Of a stretch of 34,837 nucleotides of DNA, positions 24,994 through 34,837 are shown piece by piece. Each line of letters begins with the position of its first letter. The first letter of the stretch is position 1. A program made the translations under genes and the position numbers. Source of the DNA: Kipferlia bialata (taxonomy: Eukaryota); contig BDIP01000062.1 in the NCBI GenBank assembly GCA_003568945.1, positions 1 to 34,837 on the forward strand. The letters are read 5' to 3'. A model generated the notes under the pieces. It saw only the letters and a list, made by a program, of their open reading frames with translations, had not been told where the DNA came from and made no database searches.

Positions 24994-25691
24994 CTGTGGT
25001 TAGATGTATCAAGACTAGTCGGGACCATGGTCGTCTACAGTGATTCTACACGGAAGGGAGATACCAGTGATACGTGGAGTGTGGGTGGGTATATCACAGT
25101 AATACACCTCGTGTGAACAGCTAGAGGAGACCTATAGGTGGTGTGGCCATGATAGTGGGACACACCAACAATGCCACAACCGAAACTGCAGATGAATCCG
25201 AGATAGTAGTTACCGTCCTCTCATTAACTCTGAACACATATATACACATATATGGGAACTAGAACAAGTTGTACTAGTGAGTACTCGAAAACGGACTAAC
25301 CAAACGTTAATTATATGTACCTTGTTTGTATAGTTGTTAAGAAGTGTGACATTCCGGAGCGTGTATTGACAATGGGTATACAGGTGCTAATATGATGAAA
25401 AACAGGCGCCAGTATTAACCCTCAAATTCAAGTGGAACTCGATACTTGCATCATATACCGTATGTTTCCTAGATCATTTCAGGCTGAAATCCATGTAGCT
25501 GAAATTCAGCTACATGGTATTGCAGCTAATGAATTACATTTTGTCACTGACAAACACGTTCAAAACCACAAATCTATATGGTATCAATCGCTTCTGGCAT
25601 ACTGGATATTTATGTGTGAAATCACTTCATCGGTCGCGCCGAGAGGTATACTAGCCATTCTGTCCCTCACCACCCTCACCACAGCCCTCCC

Positions 25692-27040
25692 TCACCCCTC
25701 CATCCCAACGTCCTTGATGTAGTCCCAGGACTGGCGTGAGAAATATTGAATATGGCGGTGGGTATATATATACATATCATGTCTCGATGAACATGAGTGC
25801 GGTCGAGACCTGTCATCTTTAGTACTACTGTAATTCGTACCGCCTGGACGTTCCTCCCCCCTGTAAGTCTTGTGGGGTCAATCTCCCTGGCCCACTTGGC
25901 TATCTGCAGGAGGGACTGGGGGTGAGTGTGGGAAGGTATGTGTAGGTGGTGACACTCTTTGCCTGTGAGAGCAGCACGGAATACTACCATGATGTGCTGC
26001 GTCAACTATACAACCAATGTGTCAGTATGACACCCCACCTTGATGATCTCTGTGTGTAGGTCGTCGTCCCCCTTGTTCTCGGGTGAGGCATCCACTTGGT
26101 CCTTGAAGTCAGACACCTCCTTGGCAAAGACCCTGGGGGTGAGGGGATGGGATGCACAGATAGAGATACACTGACGGTAAGATAAACACACAAGGAAGTA
26201 CTCCACATAGTTTTGTATATGAGAACATATTACGTACATGAGGATGGCTAGGAACTTGCAGGCCATGTCTGGGTACACACTCTCTATGTTGGAGGACTGG
26301 ACAAAGCGGAGAGTGTGGGCCTAGGGGTGAGAGCTGCTTGCATCTTACACAATCATGATCCACGATATTCATGGATGTACTGTAACAATACCAAGTAAGA
26401 GAGTAGTGTCTGTCTGCAGATATATCTTGGCATATGCAACGTACCAGCACCCTCTCAGCTGTGTCTAGGAAGTCGGGGTGGTCAGTGATGGTGAGCATGA
26501 GGAGACGAGAGGTGATCCAAGACCGGTCTAAGGTGAGACATCAATATGGTGCGGAGAACATGACACAATAGCTAAAGGATGCAGTATGATGGCTAGTGTA
26601 AGAGTGTTGGTATTGGAGTCGTATGATGATCACCACGCCTCTGAGGCGTATGGATGAATGTATGCCATCCATGGACTACCTGAGGATCCCTTGGGAGTGT
26701 TGGTGATCTTGTTCTGGGGTAGGGGCCGAGTGTATGGGGAATGCTACATGATTCAAAACACATCACACATATCAATCCTTGTAAAAGAACCAGTATCCAC
26801 AGTCATCGCCACACTCAGTGTATATATACCACCCACCCCCATGTCCGTGTCTGCCTGTCTGGTCTGGGTGACAGCAGCAGGAGGAGAGGGCCTCACATAG
26901 GTACGGTTGAGGTCTGGGTTAGAGAACGCTATGGTAATGGTAAGCATTTGTCACAGACACATACATACATTGATCGCGGATTCACCTGAGTTGTTGTTGC
27001 TGTCATTGCCTCTGTTGGTGGAAGAGCTGGCACCTCCCAT
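25692..27040 (-). CDS. Tandem paralog B of the same family (MGGASS)
   Basis: Same exon series (LLMLTITDHPDFLDTAERVL; KEVSDFKDQVDASPENKGDDDLHTEIIK; AKWAREIDPTRLTGG; SWDYIKDVGMEG*) with conserved intron positions. Confidence 0.85.
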
Positions 27041-27652
27041 CTGAGAGTCAGACATGAAGAGGAGGTATCTACAGTGATTCTACACGGAGTCTAACACAGG
27101 ACATACGGGGGGCAGGGGAGAAGAATAACAAATACCAGACCACGTCGATGGTGTTAGGATAAGAGACACTGGTGTATCATGAGTAGAGTGGGTGTCAATC
27201 GTGTAGTACGGGTGAGGGTAGTCGCAATACATATGTCATATGAGGCCTTTTAGGTGGATTGTATCTCCAAGTGAGTGGTAAGGTGCAGCCGCGGATAAAG
27301 TGCCATCAAGTGTATCTGCACAAGAGTGTATAGTGGACTGCGTTACCTTGTTTGTGAAGAGAGTCACAAATGGTCACTGACTAAACCCTTCTAGCTGTAT
27401 AGTGACTACTAGGTTTGGTCCATACACTGACATCGTGTCAGACTAACTGTATACTGTCAATTCTAGTGCTCATCAGACAATTTGTCACCATTATGTTAAC
27501 AGTGATGTGACATCACTGATGTCACATCAGGTTTGCATTTCTAGATGATACTAATGATTGATGTACTTCTATATATAAGTCTCTCGTCTCTATTGCTCAG
27601 TTAACATGTCACATCCATCGCCAAATCCTGTCCCCTTCTCCCGATTCCTGTC

Positions 27653-28983
27653 TCACCCCTCCATGCCTATATCCTTGATGTAGTCCCAGGACTGGCGTAA
27701 GGGTATGTATATAGGGGGTGTATATCTAGGAATTGGGTCCGGATACGAGCCAAAGAGACAATAGTGAGTGGTAGGTGTGTGTGCAATAGAGACTCTTGAT
27801 TAAGGACTTGATACAAGACCCCACCTTCTGCACCTGGTCCCCCCCATGCAGCCTGGATGGGTCTATGTCCCTGGCCCACTTGGCCAGCTGGATGAGGGAC
27901 TGGGGTGAGGTACGGACTCACGGACCCTACATACTACATATAGTAACAGCTGATTGGGATAATACCATTCTCTATCAGCCCACTATTCACAACCGGGATC
28001 GCGGCATATACCTTGATAATCTCTGTGTGTAGGTCATCGTCTCCCTTGTTGTCAGAAGAGGCCTGCACCTGGCCCCTAAAGTCAGAGACCTCCTTGTTGA
28101 ACACACTGGGGTTAGAGGGAAGAGGATAGGGGTGTGGTGGAGATGGAGGGGTAGTGAGTACAAATACAGAAGGGACACTTACACGAAGAGGCCGAGGAAC
28201 TTGATGGCCATCTCTGGGTATATGTCCTCGATGTCAGACTTCTGCAGGAACCTAGCCAGGTGGGCCTAGGGTCAGAGACATGACTGGGTCCTCCAGAAAG
28301 TATCTATGTATGAGTACGATACACGCAACATAGTAGTAAGACCACCGTACCAGCACTGTCTCTGCTGTGTCTAGGAAGTCGGGGTGGTCGGTGATGGTGA
28401 GCAGCAGGAGACGGGAGGCCATCCAGGAGGTGTCTGGGGTGAGGCATTAACAACGCTAAGAGAGTGGAACGCTATACGTTACACGATACATACTGGTGGT
28501 TACTATCACTGGGGTGGGTGGGATGGCAACCCGGTACAGGTAACCGCGTGACTATCGAGTAGAGATAGTAACACAACACGCGCAGACAAGTGATAGCTAC
28601 TAGACTATAGTGATATAGTGTACCACGAGATATACACACGATAACACACACTACGGCTCTTGAAACGCTCACCTGTGGAATCCTTGGAAGGGGTGATCTT
28701 GTTCTGGGGTGAGGGTATGCCCTGGGACTGTACACAGGTAGTGTGTTAAGACTACCATATACATACATGCATATATACATACCCCAGCGTCAGTGTCTGT
28801 CTCTCTTGCCTGGGTGACAGGGGAGGCCCTGACATTGGTGGTGTTGAGGTCTGGGTTAGACTCATATCTAAATATAGACACATAGTAATATACACATATT
28901 GAGTAGACTCATACACTTCCATGGATATCAGTACCTGAAGGGTCGTACTCGCACTCAGCGTCATTAGACAGACAGCACCCCAT
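27653..28983 (-). CDS. Tandem paralog C of the same family (MGCCLS, dual myristoyl/palmitoyl motif)
   Basis: MGCCLSNDAECEYDPS|DLNTTNVRASPVTQARETDTDAG|NKITPSKDST|DTSWMASRLLLLTITDHPDFLDTAETVL|...|SWDYIKDIGMEG*. Confidence 0.85.
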
Positions 28984-29439
28984 CTGAAGGTGAGACTCCT
29001 ACACGGAACAGGTATGGGACCATAACATGGTTGGGTGGAGGAATGGCAATGGTGTACCACCGATAGATGCAGATACACTACCGACATGGCTACTAGCGCA
29101 GTTCTGCCATAAGGGCTCTGTTACCTTGTATATTCCAGTGAATGAGAGGGTGTCAGTAGCCTTGAGGCACGTGATGACCTCATGACACGGTGACATGTAC
29201 TTCGTGTAGCCAAAAGTTGAGTCAACTTTTGACCTTGTCACAGTATCACTTGTGTGGTCTGCCTTGGGACCCTAATGAGAGGCAGTGTTCAAACAGGTCG
29301 GATAGATACCCAATTGCAAAGAAAACATTATTATGAGAATATGAATAGGCATACTGTGTTCCATATATCTATTGAATGTTGATTGGGGCTCGTCCAGTCC
29401 TACTATCTCTCCCAGAGGCCACCCGCAGTGCCTATGTGA

Positions 29440-32400
29440 CTAGGCCTGTGCTACTATGACTACGAGAGTATTAGCTGAGTGCTGCTGCCAGTGCTGCCAG
29501 CAGGGCCTGTCTCTCTGACCTGTCAGACCCCGATGACCCAGAGTCATCCCCAGAGGTCACGGTCTGGGGGTGAGGGGAGGCAGGGTATACACACTCACCT
29601 ATATGTATACATGTGTGGTATACTATATCCTATACACACTCACCAGGGTGCCCTCCCCTGAGTCTGTGTCTGCATATACCAGATCATAGTGGGGGTCCTC
29701 TGCTCTGTACACATTGGTGGTGGTATCCTCCCAGACCACACGCACAATGCCCTTCCTCTCTCTCTTGGTCACCTTGCCCTGCTTGGGCTCACCTCGCCCA
29801 TCCCAGCCATCCTGCCTGCCCCACCTACAGATAAGAGAGAGAGAGAGAGAAAGAGATATCACTCTCATAAGTGACCTACACCATATACGTACTTCCAGTC
29901 GGGTCCCCTGTGTACGTTGGCCCCCACACGCAGACGCTCAGACTCTACGACTGCACCACCAGCAGGCCACTGGGGGCTAGACCTGGCATAAGTGACCCCC
30001 AAGCAAGCTCAGCACCATATGACTATGCCTATACCACATGCATACACTACCCATACCTGGTGACAGCCTCTGCAGACCCTGAGGTCTGGGTGGCACTGGT
30101 ACTAGACCCTCCGCCTAGCAGCTGACCCAGTACAGAGGCCATAGAAGTGTCTCTGCTGGAGGATCCAGTGGGCAGAGTATCCTGGAGTCACATAATACAG
30201 ACAGTACTACATGAAGAGTGTACCGCACATGCAACATGATCTACACCATACAGATATATCCAACTATAAGTAAAAATGACATCAGCCACGTACCAGCTCT
30301 CCGCTGTCTGTGTCGGCATAGACAAGCTCATACTTGCCCACACACCCAGCAAAGTAGGAGTGCTTCTCCCCGTTGTGTGGCCATCTGACACCCACTGCGT
30401 GTAGGGGGTCTCTGGACACCAGGATACCAATGCCTCCATTGCCGCCGTCCTGAGGTAAGATGACACTCGACATTATATAGGACATCTGACCAACACGTGT
30501 CTCTCCCACCTGATCGTCCGAACACCAGTCGGGTCCCCTCCTGACCTTGGCCCCTATCCGCACCCTCTGCTTAGCATCCACCCTGTCCCCTGCCTTGGGC
30601 CTGTCAGAGGCTGAGGTAGAGGCTGGTACACTACTAGAGACGGAGGCACCTGGGGCACCGGGGGTGTAGTAGTACAGGTCGAACCTGGGTCAGATAGTGA
30701 CATGACCAATGGCCACAGACTACTATGAGGTTGTGATGTACATGCCCACTCACTTGCCGTCGTGTCCCCCCCTGTAGCGGTATGAGTCGGAACCCCCATC
30801 CCACTTGACCCCAACCCACCCGTTCTACGTGTCAGAGAGATGTTGAATAAAGAGCATGAAAGAGAGAGACTCAGAGTGTGTCACTACCAATCAGCTAACA
30901 GACAGGATGTTGAATATGGATACAACCCTCACCTTGCTGTGTTCGTCGAGGATCGTCCCCACCCCACGGTGGTCCTGCTCGCCCCACTTCCAGTCTGCGC
31001 CCCTCACCACCCTGGCCTTGCTGCGCAGGGATGACTGAGCCACACGGACACGGGGGCCCTGGAAGTGAGACATTTGGGCGATATAGGGTCGGTGGGTTCA
31101 TGTCACGGATCGAGTATCAACATGAGAATCAACACCCTGTACCTGTGCTGTAGCGGATGGCTGAGCTGCCTGGCCATGACCATCGGTGTAGACAAGGTCA
31201 TACCTGGGGTGGGACAAGGAGAATTGCAGAGATGACTAGGTATATTGGTTGCACTCACTTTCCCTCGTCTCCTGCCCTGTACCGGTATGTGTCACTGATA
31301 CCAGCCCAGGTGACGGCCACCCATCCTGCCTGGGGGTTAGGCGGTAAGAAGATGTAGAACAGAACATATATCACTGTAGACTGTAGTACCTTGCTGCTGG
31401 GTCCCATGACCTGTCCCTCTCTGCCCTTGTCCTGGTCACCCCACTTCCAGTCCTGGGGTGGGTGGGGGTATGTATACGCATATATGTAGGTAAAACGAAA
31501 TACCATTGAGCGACGTCACAATACATGTGGATAATACCAGCCGGCGTATCTACATGGTCACCCACCTGGCCTCTCCTGCACTTGGCCCCCACCCTCAGAG
31601 ACTCGCAGTCCACCCTAGCCCCTGCCGTGGCGTGCCTCTCAACCTCCTTGTTGTGGGTTGGGGATGACCTCTGGGGCACTCCCTCCACGTAGATGAGGTC
31701 ATAGCAGTTGCCCCTGCCACACTGGTACCTGCATGTACGGCCGTTGTCCCACCTCACGTGCACAAGGCCGTCACCTGCGTTGCCTATCAGCACACCGCTG
31801 CCCTCCGAGTCCTGGTTGCCGTATGTCCAGTCGTACCCCCTGCCCACCCTGGCCCCTACCCTGAGGCTGGCCCCTGCGACCACTCTCTTGGTGGCATCGT
31901 AGCGGTACTCGTCCAGGGAGCCCTGGGGTCAGGGGGTGAACACATACATAATACTACACGATCCCTCAAAGGGGAGAGTCTCACAGCCACCCACCTGTCC
32001 TGTGTACACCAGGTCGTACATGCCGTCGAACCCACACCTGAGGGTGAGAGAGAATACGGTACAGACACAGTATCCACCCCACCTGTAGTTGGCCTTCTGA
32101 CCCCTGGCCCAGCGCACTATCAGCTCCTGGTCGTTGCCAGTCCCGACACTCTCCAGTACTCCCACCCCGTTCTCCCCGTGCTGGTCGCCCCACTTCCAGT
32201 CTGGGGTTAGGATAGGGGGCAGAGACACGTGTGGGTATCTCCTAACTAACTGCCACCCACCTCTTCCCCTTGTGACGCTGGCCCCCTTGACCCAGGTGGA
32301 GGCCTCAACCCTGGTGCCCTGGGGGTGAGTGGTGACAGTATACAACCCTCAGGTGTAAGAAGTGCCCCGTACCTTGGGGGGCTGGGCCACTGTGGTCTGG

Positions 32401-34313
32401 GACTCTGGTATGTACCCAGGGGTGGGGCCGGAGGGCTTGGTCACGTAGGCTAGGTCGTAGTTGCCGTCAATGCCTGCCCGGTAGCACTGCTGGGGGCCCT
32501 GGGAGTGAGTCGACACAAGACGCCGTGACACTGTGTATAGCCTATACATCAGTACATGTGCTGCGTACCTCAGACCACTTGACCACCACCCACCCGTGGT
32601 CGGTGGGGTCCTTGGAGACCAGGGTCCCGTGTCCGTCCTTGTCCTGTCTGCCATACTTCCAATCCAGACCCCTCGTCACCCTGGCCCCAACCTGTAGGTG
32701 TGGCCCATAGACCACCCTGTGGGAGGGGGGGTGGGCGTACTCGGCCTCGCCCTGGGGGTCAGGGTAGGATATATGGGAATCAATGCTACAAATCAGGACA
32801 TTTGCAGAGACAATTATGTACACTATGTCTACATGTAGCATACCTCCCCGCAGTAGATGAGGTCGAAGCTGGCACCGGCGCCACACCTGAGAGTAAGAAA
32901 GAGAGAGATGATACGATACACGAAGACATTGCTCCTACTACACGATGGTCGCATGAGTACTATATGCCACAACCCATGTGCCTGTAGTGTGGCTGTCGCA
33001 TTATGGTATTTATAAATAAGTATGCATATATGAGATGATTCAATATATAGGATACCCTAGTACCTGTAGTTTGCCTGTCTGCCGTTGTCCCACTTGACCT
33101 TGAGGTTCATGTCCCTGCTGTCGGGGCCCAGGATGGTACCCACCCCCTGCTCCCCGTCCTGGTTGCCCCACCTCCAGTCTGGGGTGAGAGGGAGACAGAA
33201 CTATAGAGTGGAGACAGAGGGTGGAGTGAGTGGGACATGCACTAGGTACCTGGCCCTCTGGCCACCCTGGCCCCAGACACATAGCTGTTGGCATTGACGC
33301 ACTGGCCCTGGGGGTGAGAGGGAGACTGACCAGGAGAAGAGGGGATAGGTATATACATACATACCACTCACCTTGACCACTGTGGCTGCTGGCCCCCGGT
33401 CTGCCTCGGCCTCCTTGGGCAGGGGGTCCAGGGGGGTGTTGTGGGCAGAGTGCCACTCCTGGCATCAGACACTATATACATACACATATGACCATAGGTG
33501 TATGCCACCTTGATCTCCTCCTTCAGTATCAGTATCAGTATATATAGNNNNNNNNNNNNNNNNNNNNNNNNNNNNNNNNNNNNNNNNNNNNNNNNNNNNN
33601 NNNNNNNNNNNTGTATACATAGGTGTATGCCACCTTGATCTCCTCCTAAAGTATCAGTATCAGTATGCCACCTTGATCTCCTCCTTCAGTATCAGTGTCA
33701 GTATCATACCTTGATCTCCTCCTTCAGGAGTAGGTTCGGGCACAGCATCTCCTTCCTACAGGGGGTGCGGAGGGGGGTGGCAGAGTGGGTGGAGAGCCAC
33801 TGGGTGATAGCAGTTCTCTCATAGGAGTGCCCATCTGGGGGTGAGGCAGGATAGGATGTGTAATAGAAGATGGGGGAATGATCGTGTAAATACAGATAAG
33901 TGAATCCACAGGTCCAATGAGTGTGAGGGCATCGATAACAGAACACATATATAGGCCATATAGTATGTAGTGAATCACACTGCCAGTATATGGGCCATAC
34001 ACGGTCGACTGAATGCGTGTAGGGGTCTACTGGATAGGTGACATAGTGTCTACAGTGTACCAGCACGTGTATAACCCTCTAGCCACCCTTACCTGGGGTC
34101 ATGACAGGGTCCTGGGGGTAAGGATACATCATATGTAGTGGTACAGGGGTGTTAGGTGTCCAGGAGGTGACGCATTATGATCGTGTAGAGGGTGAGTGTG
34201 GCCAGTGTCCGTATGCATATAGAAGTCAATAACACACTGGATCCACATACCCGCATAGCCTCTAGGGTGATCGGGCATAGATACTTCTCAGGGACAGGCT
34301 GCGTGTCCCCCAT
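29440..34313 (-). CDS. U-box E3 ubiquitin ligase with eight MIB/HERC2 domains (spans an assembly gap)
   Basis: N-terminal MGDTQPVPEKYLCPITLEAMR|DPVMTP|DGHSYERTAITQWL...PNLLLKEEIK|EW is a U-box. Eight repeats of GxxVxRGxDWx(W/Y)GxQD...VxW...Y....YDLxY follow. The stop is uncertain (29440 or 29471, depending on last-exon phase). Confidence 0.9.
33548..33611. other. Assembly gap (N run) inside an intron, flanked by tandem copies of ACCTTGATCTCCTCCT
   Basis: Ns are visible; copies lie at about 33507, 33632, 33670 and 33708 (the last is the true exon end). Confidence 0.98.
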
Positions 34314-34463
34314 CTTGTATGTACAGTGTCGCTGTTGGTTGTGTTGGTAGAGAGAGGGATGACATTCAGTGTATTGACGATGAACCCTTTATTGTTAGTT
34401 CAGAGCTGACACATGTCAACAGTCTTGTCTACTGTAGTCTGAAGCGGTTCAGACGTCAGGAGT

Positions 34464-34791
34464 CTAGCAGTGGTCCATGGTCCACAGAGACGAGAGCCTC
34501 CCCTCTGCTATGCACGATGCATCGTGGGCCAGGGTGTCTAGCAGTACGGCCATCCTCTCGTCCAGCCTCCTCTTGCTCAGTGCCACCCTACCCTCCCTCA
34601 GCTGTCTGGGCCCAAAGGTGTCCAGCACCTCTCCCATGGACCTCACTGGGTGCAGCAGGATGTCCGGCAGGGTGCGCAGGCCCACCTTGCTCCAGCTGCT
34701 CTGTCTGTACCACTTGGCCATGTTGGGATCAACCGTCACAGACCCCTTCTTCTGGCCATCCTTGGAGGCGGGGGAGTCAACCAGACGCCGC
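34464..34791 (-). CDS. Last exon of an unidentified gene continuing beyond the window
   Basis: Acceptor ctcacccag at 34792-34800, then an open frame RRLVDSPASKDGQKKGSVTVDPNMAKWYRQ...WTMDHC*. Confidence 0.6.
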
Positions 34792-34837
34792 CTGGGTGAG
34801 GGGGGGGGGGGGGGGGGGGGGGAAAGGAAAAAAATAA

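Noticed and set aside
33490..33725. Spaced direct repeats resembling a CRISPR array
   Set aside because: Eukaryotic intron; the repeats are copies of an exon end around an assembly gap, with no unique spacers or cas genes.
34246..34262. Apparent non-canonical GC donor after ITLE in the U-box
   Set aside because: A canonical GTATGT donor 9 nt further on gives ITLEAMR|DPV, which fits the U-box consensus.
1..34837. tRNA, rRNA or transposon genes
   Set aside because: None was recognised by eye; a covariance-model search would be needed to exclude small RNAs.

Overview
Gene-dense, intron-rich eukaryotic DNA, not prokaryotic, so most ORF-track entries are exon fragments or antisense shadows. Short GT-AG introns ending in CT(C/G/A)ACCCCCAG-like acceptors and C/G, GA and TA microsatellites suggest a free-living fornicate protist such as Kipferlia (inference). 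Manual splicing gives, in order: MATE transporter (3' part), SMC5 (3' half), a PIH1/CS-like 3' fragment, an MFS transporter with a putative N-terminal calponin-homology-like domain, a Kelch protein, Vps23/TSG101, phosphatidylserine decarboxylase, a dsRBD protein, two diverged paralogous orphans, a VP39-like cap 2'-O-methyltransferase head-to-head (about 110 bp apart) with a Cet1-type RNA 5'-triphosphatase, three tandem N-acylation-motif paralogs, a U-box + 8x MIB/HERC2 E3 ligase and the last exon of one more gene. Highlights are the divergent mRNA-capping gene pair, two unusual domain architectures and repeated duplication of splice junctions into introns. All family calls come from motif recognition by eye; no database search was run.
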